Origin: an uncultured Porphyromonadaceae bacterium
GTDB taxonomy: Bacteria; Bacteroidota; Bacteroidia; Bacteroidales; UBA11471
Direction of reading: 5' to 3'
NCBI GenBank assembly: GCA_900547555.1
Contig: URHG01000009.1
Location: 3,060-67,059 of the forward strand
DNA: 64,000 nucleotides
Shown here: positions 54,572-63,846 of the stretch, in pieces
Position numbering within the stretch: position 1 is the first letter of the stretch
Layout of the letters: each line of letters opens with the position of its first letter
Translations under genes and position numbers: made by a program
The notes under the pieces: model-generated
What the model was told of the DNA's origin: nothing
Databases searched by the model: none
The model's input: only the letters and a program-made list of their open reading frames with translations

Positions 54572-54613
54572 AAAAGCAGAGACGCCGTATCTCGATACGG
54601 CGTCTCTGCTTTT
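54572..54613 (+). terminator. rho-independent terminator after the mutase gene
   Basis: AAAAGCAGAGACGCCGTATC pairs with GATACGGCGTCTCTGCTTTT, a near-perfect ~18-bp stem with a T-run. Confidence 0.85.
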
Positions 54614-54639
54614 GCGTACATAATTTAATGATTTTGTCT

Positions 54640-54935
54640 TCATTGTCTTCCGAATGAGGCTGGTATCGTTTTGTGAGAAATATGAGAGGAATTATTTTTC
54701 AAGTTGGAAATTTTTCAAATCAATGCCATTCTGTCATAACTAATGTGTGAGATCTCGTGAGAGAATTCTTTGGGTTACGAGATTCTTCCCCGCTCCGGCC
54801 ATCAGAATGACAATGTTGCCATTTTGAGAGAGGGTATAATCCCATCTAACGAGAGAGACGAGTATCTGGTCGAGGTGTTTCACGTGCATTCGCATGATAG
54901 TTCCATTTGTCATTCCGAATCAACATCGAACCTCT
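54640..54935. repeat. degenerate copy of the palindromic intergenic repeat family (copy 3)
   Basis: It contains GTCTTCCGAATGAGG...TGAGAGGAAT, GAGATTCTTCCCCGCTCCGGCCATCAGAATGACA and TTGTCATTCCGAATCAACATCGAACCTCTGC. The cores are the same as in copies 1 and 2 but more diverged. Confidence 0.65.
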
Positions 54936-55096
54936 GCTATATAGAGAGGTATGAAAGAGAAAAACGGAAGTTAATCAAAGCTATCGCCGAGTGGAGGGGG
55001 ATTCTAAGCTGTTGATTGTTGTTGGTGTTTCGATAAAAAAACGGAGGAACACACTCCTCCGGTCGAACTTAACTTAAATAAAATGCTATGGTCATA

Positions 55097-55849
55097 CTAA
55101 AACTCATAACCGATACTGAGACTGAAATTACGACTTTGTGGGTTATTATATGCATAAGTTTCGACTCCCCAGTCATATTGTATGCCTAAATAATATTGAT
55201 AGTACTGTATCCCACCCCCTACACTCCAACCTGTTTCAAAACTAAAACCTCGAGAAGTATCGCTATCACGTAGTCCCGAACCTAGTGAGAAGAATGGGCC
55301 GGTGAATACAGAAAACGATATACTGTCCCAATTATATCGGTAGGCTATATGTATAGGTAATTGACAATAGTGGAATGGAAGCGTTGTATCGTATTGGTCT
55401 TTTGTCCCTTTTAAAGAATAGAAAATACCTGTTTGTATACTTACACCATTGAGGATTTTAAGATTTAAAGGTATGTCGGTGATAATTCCGATGTGAAAAC
55501 CTGCTTTGCTTTTATTGTAAGGGTAATAGTTACTTTTAGATTTTAGAGAGGAGATATTTAATCCCGTTCTCACACTCCAAATGGGTCGTGTAGTTAGTTT
55601 GCGGAAACTTCTTTTTTTATCACTTTTTTCGTAAAGATACTCTGCTTTCGATAGTGTATCTATCGATGCGATATCAGATTTCATGAATAGAAAGTTGTTC
55701 TTATCGGTCTGTATATTTATTGTTTGTAAATCCGATACGATATATCCTTTTATGGAATATCCGTTTTTGAGGTGTATTTCTCCATGAAATTGTGCGGCAA
55801 TATTTAGAGAATATAATAAAATAGATAATATAATGAGACTTTGTTTCAT
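55097..55849 (-). CDS. outer-membrane beta-barrel protein
   Basis: 250 aa with a signal peptide. A soluble N-terminal ~70-aa module is followed by alternating amphipathic strands. It ends in the aromatic SIGYEF. Confidence 0.75.
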   Translation of the reverse strand: MKQSLIILSILLYSLNIAAQFHGEIHLKNGYSIKGYIVSDLQTINIQTDKNNFLFMKSDIASIDTLSKAEYLYEKSDKKRSFRKLTTRPIWSVRTGLNISSLKSKSNYYPYNKSKAGFHIGIITDIPLNLKILNGVSIQTGIFYSLKGTKDQYDTTLPFHYCQLPIHIAYRYNWDSISFSVFTGPFFSLGSGLRDSDTSRGFSFETGWSVGGGIQYYQYYLGIQYDWGVETYAYNNPQSRNFSLSIGYEF

Positions 55850-55859
55850 TATACGATGA

Positions 55860-56243
55860 TTATTTAGTAAATTCTATGATTGTTCCATGTGCTGTTACTG
55901 TACATTTTACATAGAAGGGAGTAATCATTTTTATACTTTGTTCCACAGAAATATTTGTGATCGCTTTGGAGCCGGTCATCAAATCAGGATTATTACGCCT
56001 AGCTTCTCGCATCATTTTATCGATTGCGTTATCTTTCAGAGCTTTCGGTCGTATGCCACCAAATCCTAATATGTATGTCTGTGATACTTCTCCCGATACG
56101 GTTCCTATGTATTTGAAATTAGCTTCACTTAAAACAACACTTGTTTGGTTTTGATTCTGGTTACTTGTCAGATTTCCGTAAAGGCCGCAACTTGTTAGTC
56201 CTAATAATAGAGTAAACGAGATGTATTTGGTTATATATTTCAT
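55860..56243 (-). CDS. small hypothetical lipoprotein
   Basis: 127 aa from the ATG at 56243 (MKYITKYISFTLLLGLTSC). Non-acidic residues follow the Cys (GLYGNL). It ends 10 nt upstream of the beta-barrel gene. Confidence 0.65.
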   Translation of the reverse strand: MKYITKYISFTLLLGLTSCGLYGNLTSNQNQNQTSVVLSEANFKYIGTVSGEVSQTYILGFGGIRPKALKDNAIDKMMREARRNNPDLMTGSKAITNISVEQSIKMITPFYVKCTVTAHGTIIEFTK

Positions 56244-56337
56244 ATTAGATAAATTTATTTTATGCAAAGATATAATTAATATAAAGCGAGTAAAAATAAA
56301 TATGGATTCTTTTTTGTATAATTAACAATTTGGACAA

Positions 56338-56371
56338 CAAAAAAGTCACCCGTTAATATTAGCGGGTGACT
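56338..56371 (-). terminator. rho-independent terminator after ppdK
   Basis: On the minus strand, AGTCACCCG pairs with CGGGTGACT around a 10-nt loop, followed by T6. Confidence 0.8.
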
Positions 56372-56402
56372 ATAAACTAATATAGAATTGTCGAAGATTC
56401 TC

Positions 56403-59114
56403 CTACTCAATGGCAGCTTGCGCCGCAGCTACGCGGGCAATAGGTACACGGTATGGACTGCAACTTACGTAGTTCATGCCGAGGGAAGCGCAGAATTTTA
56501 CCGATGACGGTTCACCGCCGTGTTCACCGCAGATACCGATTTTCAGTCCCGGTTTGGTGGAACGGCCTTTTTCTACGCCCATACGTACGAGCTGCCCCAC
56601 GCCTTTTTGGTCGAGTACTTCGAACGGGTCGGTTTTGAGAATGCCTTTTTCCTTATATATTTTGAGGAATTTCCCGGCATCGTCGCGCGAGTAACCGAAT
56701 GTCATTTGTGTAAGGTCGTTAGTACCGAAAGAGAAGAAGTCTGCCACTTCGGCGATTTGGTCGGCCGTTACGGCGGCACGAGGAACTTCTATCATGGTAC
56801 CTACCTTGTAAGCGATACTGTCTCCTCGTTCGGCAAATACTTGGGCGGCCGTACGATGGATTACTTCGGCCTGTAATTTCAATTCTTCGACTACTCCCAC
56901 GAGAGGAACCATGATTTCGGGGAATACTTTTATGCCGTGCGATTTTACGTTGAGGGCGGCCTCGATGATAGCCCGAGCCTGCATTTCGGTAATCTCGGGA
57001 TAGGTGCACCCCAGACGGCAACCCCGGTGTCCCAGCATGGGATTGAATTCGGCCAGCGAGTCGCAAGCGAGTTTTACCTCTTCTATGGTGAGTCCCATCT
57101 CTTCGGCCAGTTCTTTCTGAGTGGCTAATTGGTGGGGTACGAATTCATGCAATGGGGGATCGAGCAGACGTATCGTTACGCCGAAACCGTCCATTGCTTC
57201 GAAAATTCCCTCAAAGTCGCTGCGTTGCATTGGCAGGAGTTTGTCGAGAGCGTGGCGGCGGCCGTCTTCATCTTTGGCTAGAATCATTTCACGCATGGCT
57301 TTGATGCGTGTACCTTCGAAGAACATGTGTTCGGTACGGCACAAGCCGATGCCTTTGGCTCCGAATTTACGGGCAACAGAGGCATCTTTGGGAGCATCGG
57401 CATTGGTACGTACATCGACTTTGGTATATTTTTCGGCCAAATTCATAATGGCGGCGAAGTCTCCGCTCATGTCTGCTTCTACGGTCGGGACTTGTCCGTC
57501 ATATACTTCACCGGTTGAACCGTTCAATGAAATCCAATCACCTTCTTTATAAGTTTTACCCGACATTTCGAGTGTGCGGGCTTTGTAATCGACTTTTATT
57601 TCACCGGCACCTGATACGCAGCATTTACCCATTCCGCGTGCTACGACGGCAGCGTGCGAAGTCATACCGCCGCGTGCGGTGAGAATACCTTGTGCCACGC
57701 TCATTCCTCGTAAATCTTCGGGCGAAGTTTCGATGCGTACCATGACCACTTTTTTGCGTTTTTCGGCCCACGCTTCTGCATCGTCGGCAAAAAATACGAT
57801 TTGTCCGGCTGCCGCTCCCGGTGAGGCAGGGAGGCCTTTGGCCATGACTTGGGCACGTTTTACAGCATCTTTATCGAAAACGGGGTGTAACAGTTCATCG
57901 AGTTTTTGCGGCTCCATGCGTTTGAGAGCTGTTTTCTCGTCGATAATTCCGGCACGTAACATATCCATTGCTATTTTTACCATAGCGGCACCGGTACGTT
58001 TCCCGTTACGTGTTTGCAAAAGCCATAATTTACCGTCTTGTATCGTAAATTCAAGGTCTTGCATATCCTTGAAATAATCTTCGAGCTTTTGTTGGGTGGC
58101 GATGAGATCTTTGGCACACTCGGGCATGGCCTCTTCGAGCGAGGGGTATTGCGAGGCGCGTACATCTTCGCCGATGCCTTGCAACTTGGCCCAACGGCGT
58201 GAACCTTCAAGGGTTATCTGTTGGGGGGTACGCACTCCGGCCACCACGTCTTCACCTTGCGCATTGATGAGATATTCGCCGTTGAAAATGTCTTCTCCCG
58301 TTGCAGCGTCGCGGGTAAATGCTACACCGGTTGCCGAGGTGTTACCCATGTTGCCGAATACCATAGCTTGCACGTTTACCGCCGTACCCCATTCTTCGGG
58401 AATCTGGTTCATGCGACGGTACAGTATGGCGCGTTCGTTCATCCAGCTGTCGAACACGGCACATATCGCACCCCACAGTTGTTCCCAGGGAGAAGAGGGG
58501 AAGTCTTTTCCTGTGCGAGTTTTTACGGCCGCTTTGAAACGTACGACCAATTCTTTCAGGTCATCGACAGAGAGTTCTGTATCATTTTTGATATTCTTGG
58601 CACTTTTTACCTCCTCCATGACTTCTTCGAAGGGGTCGATATCGTCTTTATTTTGAGGTTTCATGCCTAAAACGACATCTCCGTACATCTGTACGAAACG
58701 CCGGTAGGAATCCCATGCAAAACGGGGATTGCCCGATTTCCGGGCGATTCCCTCTACGGCATCGTCGTTCATACCCAAATTGAGAACGGTGTCCATCATA
58801 CCCGGCATTGAGACGCGTGCTCCCGAGCGAACGGAGACTAACAGCGGATTTTCGGCGTCGCCGAATTTCGTGCCCATAAGTTTTTCTACGTGTGCGATTG
58901 CTTTTTCCACATCATCTTTCAGCATTTTTACGACGGCTTCTTTGCCGTTTTTATTATATGCAGTGCAAATTTCGGTAGTGATGGTAAATCCGGGAGGGAC
59001 AGGAACACCGATATGGTTCATTTCTGCGAGGTTGGCACCTTTCCCGCCCAAAAGGTTTTTCATGTCGGCACGACCTTCTGCCTGGCCGTTACCGAAAGTA
59101 TAGACTTGTTTCAT
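56403..59114 (-). CDS. ppdK: pyruvate, phosphate dikinase
   Basis: 903 aa. N-terminal ATP-grasp (GGKGANLAEM), phospho-His motif GGMTSHAAVVARGMG, and a C-terminal PEP-utilising TIM barrel (GICGEHGG). Confidence 0.96.
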   Translation of the reverse strand: MKQVYTFGNGQAEGRADMKNLLGGKGANLAEMNHIGVPVPPGFTITTEICTAYNKNGKEAVVKMLKDDVEKAIAHVEKLMGTKFGDAENPLLVSVRSGARVSMPGMMDTVLNLGMNDDAVEGIARKSGNPRFAWDSYRRFVQMYGDVVLGMKPQNKDDIDPFEEVMEEVKSAKNIKNDTELSVDDLKELVVRFKAAVKTRTGKDFPSSPWEQLWGAICAVFDSWMNERAILYRRMNQIPEEWGTAVNVQAMVFGNMGNTSATGVAFTRDAATGEDIFNGEYLINAQGEDVVAGVRTPQQITLEGSRRWAKLQGIGEDVRASQYPSLEEAMPECAKDLIATQQKLEDYFKDMQDLEFTIQDGKLWLLQTRNGKRTGAAMVKIAMDMLRAGIIDEKTALKRMEPQKLDELLHPVFDKDAVKRAQVMAKGLPASPGAAAGQIVFFADDAEAWAEKRKKVVMVRIETSPEDLRGMSVAQGILTARGGMTSHAAVVARGMGKCCVSGAGEIKVDYKARTLEMSGKTYKEGDWISLNGSTGEVYDGQVPTVEADMSGDFAAIMNLAEKYTKVDVRTNADAPKDASVARKFGAKGIGLCRTEHMFFEGTRIKAMREMILAKDEDGRRHALDKLLPMQRSDFEGIFEAMDGFGVTIRLLDPPLHEFVPHQLATQKELAEEMGLTIEEVKLACDSLAEFNPMLGHRGCRLGCTYPEITEMQARAIIEAALNVKSHGIKVFPEIMVPLVGVVEELKLQAEVIHRTAAQVFAERGDSIAYKVGTMIEVPRAAVTADQIAEVADFFSFGTNDLTQMTFGYSRDDAGKFLKIYKEKGILKTDPFEVLDQKGVGQLVRMGVEKGRSTKPGLKIGICGEHGGEPSSVKFCASLGMNYVSCSPYRVPIARVAAAQAAIE

Positions 59115-59195
59115 ATAAAAATAAGGTTAGTATAAAATTTTCTTTTCAGTATAAAATACAAAATGACTGATAAAATGTTTTTCATTTGGTGTGGA

Positions 59196-59203
59196 CAAAA
59201 ATA
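59196..59203 (-). promoter_or_regulatory. -7 promoter box for ppdK
   Basis: TAttTTTG on the minus strand, 82 nt upstream of the ppdK ATG. Confidence 0.4.
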
Positions 59204-59297
59204 TAAGGAATATCGATATATGCAAAAGATTGTATATCATATTTAATACCCGTGTCATTTTTTTTCGATAGAATAGGGGAATTAAAAGAATTATCAT

Positions 59298-59305
59298 TAC
59301 CTTTG
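59298..59305 (+). promoter_or_regulatory. -7 promoter box for rlmD
   Basis: TAccTTTG, 34 nt upstream of the TTG at 59339. It lies inside the longer GTG-initiated ORF, which argues against that start. Confidence 0.4.
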
Positions 59306-59338
59306 AACGAATTTGTTTTTATTCAAAATCTGTTTGTT

Positions 59339-60748
59339 TTGGCTCGAAAAAAGAAAGAACTCCCTGTTTTCGAACAGGTCGAGATAACCGATATTGCAGC
59401 CGAGGGGAAAGCTGTGGCCCGGGTAAATGATTTGGTGGTTTTTATACCTTATGGTGCACCGGGCGATATTGTCGATTTGCAAATATACCGTAAGAAACAT
59501 AAGTATGCCGAGGGGCGGGTGATAAAGACTCATGTCAGTTCTCCGATTCGGGTTGTTCCGTTTTGCGAACATTTCGGCGTGTGCGGAGGGTGCAAATGGC
59601 AACATATTCCTTATGAATACCAACTCAAATATAAGCAGAAACAGGTATTCGATAATCTGACCCGTATCGGAAAAATTCCTTTGCCTGAGTTCGATCCGAT
59701 CAAAGGGTCGGTACATACCGAGTTTTATCGGAACAAGTTGGAGTTTACTTTTTCGAATAAATCATGGCTTACTACCGAACAACTGGCATCGGCCGATGAA
59801 TATACCGATAGAAATGCATTAGGATTTCATATTCCCGGTATGTTCGATAAAGTTCTTGATATAAAAAAATGTTGGTTACAAGACGATATATCCAATCGCA
59901 TACGATTGGCCGTCAAGCGATTTGCTCTCGACAACAACTATCCGTTTTTTGATTTGCGCGAGCAGACGGGACTCATGCGCAATATCATCGTTCGTACGGC
60001 TTCGACAGGAGAAATTATGCTTATCGTCGTTTTTTTCGAAGACGATACCGAACGGATACAGGCCATGATGGACTTTATTGCCGGAGAATTTCCGCAGATC
60101 ACTTCGCTGTTGTATATTGTCAATACCAAGGCCAACGATACGATTACCGATCAAGAGGTACATGTCTTCCGGGGACGTGATTATATTTTCGAAGAGATGG
60201 ACGGATTGCGTTTCAAGATAGGGCCGAAATCGTTCTATCAGACCAATTCGGTCCAAGCCTATGAGTTGTATAAAGTGGCGGCCGACTTTGCAGCTCTTAC
60301 CGGCGACGAGTTGGTTTATGACCTTTATACGGGAACCGGGACGATTGCCAATTTCGTAGCCCGTCGTGTACGTAAAGTTATCGGTATCGAGTATGTGCCC
60401 GAGGCGATAGAAGATGCAAAGGCCAATGCCGCATTCAATGGGTTGGATAATACCCTTTTCTATGCCGGAGATATGAAAGATTTGCTGACTCCTGCCTTCA
60501 TCGAAGGGCACGGTCGGCCCGATGTAATCATTACCGATCCTCCTCGTGCCGGCATGCACGATGATGTCATCAAGACCTTGCTTTTTGCTGCACCCCGACG
60601 TATTGTGTATGTGAGTTGCAATCCGGCTACCCAAGCGAGAGATTTGTCTCTGCTCGATATCGATTATCGGGTGGCCCGCGTGCAGCCGGTAGATATGTTT
60701 CCGCATACGCATCATGTCGAGAACGTTGTGTTGTTGGAGAAGAAATAA
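59339..60748 (+). CDS. rlmD: 23S rRNA (uracil-C5)-methyltransferase RlmD (TRAM + Fe-S + SAM MTase)
   Basis: The ORF opens with GTG at 59252. I prefer the TTG at 59339 (M-ARKKKELPVFEQVEITD), which gives 469 aa. TRAM domain, Cys cluster CEHFGVCGGCKWQH, and a late SCNP catalytic motif. The start is uncertain. Confidence 0.85.
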   Translation: MARKKKELPVFEQVEITDIAAEGKAVARVNDLVVFIPYGAPGDIVDLQIYRKKHKYAEGRVIKTHVSSPIRVVPFCEHFGVCGGCKWQHIPYEYQLKYKQKQVFDNLTRIGKIPLPEFDPIKGSVHTEFYRNKLEFTFSNKSWLTTEQLASADEYTDRNALGFHIPGMFDKVLDIKKCWLQDDISNRIRLAVKRFALDNNYPFFDLREQTGLMRNIIVRTASTGEIMLIVVFFEDDTERIQAMMDFIAGEFPQITSLLYIVNTKANDTITDQEVHVFRGRDYIFEEMDGLRFKIGPKSFYQTNSVQAYELYKVAADFAALTGDELVYDLYTGTGTIANFVARRVRKVIGIEYVPEAIEDAKANAAFNGLDNTLFYAGDMKDLLTPAFIEGHGRPDVIITDPPRAGMHDDVIKTLLFAAPRRIVYVSCNPATQARDLSLLDIDYRVARVQPVDMFPHTHHVENVVLLEKK

Positions 60749-60757
60749 AAGTAAAAA

Positions 60758-60786
60758 AGAGAGGCTTCGGAAGACCTCTCTTTTTC
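60758..60786 (+). terminator. rho-independent terminator after rlmD
   Basis: AGAGAGG pairs with CCTCTCT around a GC-containing loop, followed by T5. Confidence 0.7.
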
Positions 60787-60816
60787 TGTGTTTGAAAATC
60801 AAAAAACAATATAGAA

Positions 60817-62187
60817 ATGACCGAATTAATCAGAAAAAAACTCAATGACAGTCCCATAGCCCGATGGACGGCTATGTTTATCGTATCGTTTACCATGATG
60901 TGCGGCTATTTTATCACCGATGTTATGGCGTCGCTCGAAGTTATGTGTACAACACCCGTTGCCGATGGCGGTTTGGGTTGGAGCAGTTCGGAATACGGCT
61001 TCTTCTCGGGCGCTTACGGTTATATCAATGTTTTCTTGCTGATGCTTTTCTTCGGTGGCATTATTCTCGATAAGTGCGGGATTCGTTTTACGGGAGTCAT
61101 GAGTTCGTCTCTTATGTTGGGAGGAGCTTTGCTCAAATGGTATGCTTTGGCAACCGATTTCGGCGATGCTACGTTTATGGGGTATCACCTTCAAGTCGTT
61201 CTGGCCAGTTTAGGGTTTGCCGTTTTCGGTATGGGTGCCGAAATTACGGGAATTACGGTTTCAAAGGTCATCATCAAATGGTTTACCGGCCATGAAGTTG
61301 CATTGGCTATGGGGTTGCAGGTAGCGATGGCCCGTATCGGTACGGCTGTGGCGTTGGCGTGTAGCCTGCCTATGGCGAGAGCGATGCATAGTGTTTCTTA
61401 TCCGGTACTTTTCGGTGCGCTTTGCCTTTGTGTAGGTTTGGTGGCATACTTGGTATATTGTGTCATGGATAAGAAACTCGACCGGTCTGTCGAAGCGGTC
61501 AGTGAGGAAAAGGAAGAAGGCTTCCAATTGAAAGACCTGAAACTGATTTTTACCAATAAAGGCTTTTGGCTAATTACCTTGTTGTGCCTAATGTTCTATG
61601 CCGGAGTGTTCCCGTTCCTGAAATTTGCTACGAAGCTGATGATTGCCAAGTATCATGTAGAACCCGAAATGGCAGGGCTTATTCCTGCCATGTTGCCGTT
61701 TGGTACGATTTTATTGACTCCGGTTTTCGGTACTCTTTATGACCGTATAGGTAAAGGAGCTACGCTTATGCTTATCGGATCGGTCATGCTGACAATCGTT
61801 CATCTTTTATTTGCGTTGCCTATTTTGCCTACATGGTGGTTTGCTATCGTGATAATGATTGTTTTGGGCATTGCGTTTTCTTTGGTACCTTCGGCTTTGT
61901 GGCCCAGTGTACCTAAGATTATTCCTATGAAACAGCTCGGATCGGCTTATGCGACGATATTCTATATTCAGAATATCGGTCTCTCTATGGTACCGGTACT
62001 TATCGGCTGGGTGATAGAGACCTATTCGACACATGTCGATGGAGCAGGTGTTGTAACGTATGATTATACGATACCCATGCTTATTTTTGCTACCTTTGGG
62101 ATTGTGGCCATATTCATTTCCCTTTGGCTGAAAAGAGAAGATGCTCGTTCGCATTATGGCCTTGAAGATCCGAACATGAAAAAATAA
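60817..62187 (+). CDS. MFS transporter
   Basis: 456 aa. About 12 hydrophobic helices in two halves, separated by a charged central loop (KKLDRSVEAVSEEKEEGFQLKD). Confidence 0.85.
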   Translation: MTELIRKKLNDSPIARWTAMFIVSFTMMCGYFITDVMASLEVMCTTPVADGGLGWSSSEYGFFSGAYGYINVFLLMLFFGGIILDKCGIRFTGVMSSSLMLGGALLKWYALATDFGDATFMGYHLQVVLASLGFAVFGMGAEITGITVSKVIIKWFTGHEVALAMGLQVAMARIGTAVALACSLPMARAMHSVSYPVLFGALCLCVGLVAYLVYCVMDKKLDRSVEAVSEEKEEGFQLKDLKLIFTNKGFWLITLLCLMFYAGVFPFLKFATKLMIAKYHVEPEMAGLIPAMLPFGTILLTPVFGTLYDRIGKGATLMLIGSVMLTIVHLLFALPILPTWWFAIVIMIVLGIAFSLVPSALWPSVPKIIPMKQLGSAYATIFYIQNIGLSMVPVLIGWVIETYSTHVDGAGVVTYDYTIPMLIFATFGIVAIFISLWLKREDARSHYGLEDPNMKK

Positions 62188-62272
62188 CTGTTTTTTCATA
62201 GACGAAATTGTTTAAGATTGAGGGTGTAAAAATGGGATTATTTGTTTAATTGTTATTAATCTGTAATTGGAT

Positions 62273-63469
62273 ATGAAATTTTACCTTCTGCCCATGCTTG
62301 TCGGATTGCTCTTTATCATCGGTCCCGATATTTGGATTTATCTGAAAGTTCGTAACCGAATCGGTAATAAGTATTTGCGATTGATTTATTGGCTGCCTGC
62401 AGTTTTCTTTGTTTTATTTTTTGCCGGTATGCGGTTTTTCTCGAACGATGTTCCCGATTATAAGTTCATGGCTCGGATTACGTGGATTCTATGGCTTTTC
62501 GCTCTTATATATATACCTAAGGCCATATATACGGTTTTCGATGTGGCCGGTCGTACCATGATAGGATTCTGTAAGACAGCTGGTTTATGGCTCTCTCGTA
62601 TCGGTGCGGGTATCGCTGTTATCTTGGCTGTTTTGTTTGTATATGCGGCCTTTATAGGTCGCACTCGGGTGCATGTAAAAGAAGTGGATTTGGCGTATCG
62701 GGATCTGCCTGAGCAACTCGACGGTTTTAAAATCGTACAATTTTCTGATTTGCATATCGGGAATTGGGGCGATTATACTCGGGCCATGCGCAAAGCGGTG
62801 GAGTTGATCGATGATTGCCGGGCCGATATGGTGGTTTTTACCGGAGACTTTGTTAATAATTTCTCGTCGGAGATTACACCTGAGATTGTAGATATATTTG
62901 CCTCTATGGATATGCCCCGTTATGGGAAATATGCCATTTTAGGGAATCATGATTATGGTGATTATTCCCGATGGAGGACACCCGAAGAAAAAAATATAAA
63001 TCTGAATCGTACGAAAAGCGGTATCGAAGAGTGTGGATTTGATTTATTGCTGAACGATTCGCGCACGATTGCGGTTGGAGATACTTCTTTCTTGTTGGTG
63101 GGAGTGGAGAATACCGGTAAACCGCCTTTCCGTCAGTACGGAAATCTGCCGTTGGCTATATCCGGAGTCGATTCGACATTGTTTACCGTACTGCTTTCTC
63201 ACGATGCTTCGCATTGGAGGCAAGAAGTTTTGGAGCATCGGTTTATCGACTTGACATTGTCGGGGCATACTCATGCAGCACAATGCGGCATTTCTTGGGG
63301 AAAATTGCATTGGTCTCCTTCATCATGGATATACGATGAGTGGGAAGGCCTTTATCGAGAAAAGGAGCAATTACTTTATGTTAATCGCGGACTGGGTTAT
63401 GTCGGGGTTCCCATGCGCATAGGTATGGAGCCCGAGATTACTTGCTTTACCTTGAAGCGTTCCCGATAG
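62273..63469 (+). CDS. membrane-anchored metallophosphoesterase
   Basis: 398 aa from the ATG at 62273 (TTG at 62267 is possible). Four N-terminal TM helices are followed by calcineurin-like motifs: SDLHIG, TGDFV, GNHD, GHTH. Confidence 0.88.
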   Translation: MKFYLLPMLVGLLFIIGPDIWIYLKVRNRIGNKYLRLIYWLPAVFFVLFFAGMRFFSNDVPDYKFMARITWILWLFALIYIPKAIYTVFDVAGRTMIGFCKTAGLWLSRIGAGIAVILAVLFVYAAFIGRTRVHVKEVDLAYRDLPEQLDGFKIVQFSDLHIGNWGDYTRAMRKAVELIDDCRADMVVFTGDFVNNFSSEITPEIVDIFASMDMPRYGKYAILGNHDYGDYSRWRTPEEKNINLNRTKSGIEECGFDLLLNDSRTIAVGDTSFLLVGVENTGKPPFRQYGNLPLAISGVDSTLFTVLLSHDASHWRQEVLEHRFIDLTLSGHTHAAQCGISWGKLHWSPSSWIYDEWEGLYREKEQLLYVNRGLGYVGVPMRIGMEPEITCFTLKRSR

Positions 63470-63484
63470 GTAAATCGTTTTTGA

Positions 63485-63537
63485 CTCCAACAACTACGGC
63501 CAAATCTTAAAAATAGATTTGACCGTAGTTGTTGGAG
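63485..63537. terminator. long perfect hairpin between convergent genes (terminator-like, no U-tract)
   Basis: CTCCAACAACTACGG pairs with CCGTAGTTGTTGGAG (15 bp), with an inner AAATCT/AGATTT stem. Neither side has a clear T-run. Confidence 0.4.
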
Positions 63538-63548
63538 TGGGGAGAAGA

Positions 63549-63794
63549 TTATTCCGAATCTTTCGGCGTATTTTCTTGCTGGGAGAGGATTTTGTTTCTC
63601 TCTCTCATTTCTTTGCGGTATCTTTCCCTGCGTTTCAGTACAAATCGCAGCAGTATGATGACGAGAATGTTGGCTGCAAGCATACCGATAAATTCCCAAC
63701 GGTTTCCGTCGAACTGATTCCAGCCCCATACGGCCATGACAATGGTGTATATAAGTAATAATAGAGGGATAAGATCGTATTTCTTTATTTTCAT
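63549..63794 (-). CDS. small two-TM membrane protein
   Basis: 81 aa from the ATG at 63794 (MKIKKYDLIPLLLLIYTIVMAVWGW). The longer 128-aa ORF would overlap the upstream gene's 3' end. Basic C-terminal tail. Confidence 0.55.
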   Translation of the reverse strand: MKIKKYDLIPLLLLIYTIVMAVWGWNQFDGNRWEFIGMLAANILVIILLRFVLKRRERYRKEMRERNKILSQQENTPKDSE

Positions 63795-63846
63795 GATGAT
63801 GTTATTTCTGGATAAAACGTTTGTCGCTTCCTTTCTGTTGGGGAGT

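Noticed and set aside
59252-59338. GTG start at 59252 for rlmD (498-aa version).
   Set aside because: The extra 29 residues (SFFFDRIGELKELSLPLNEFVFIQNLFV) are unlike RlmD N-termini, and a TAccTTTG promoter box (59298-59305) lies inside them. The TTG at 59339 gives an MARKKKELP start. This choice remains uncertain without homologue alignment.
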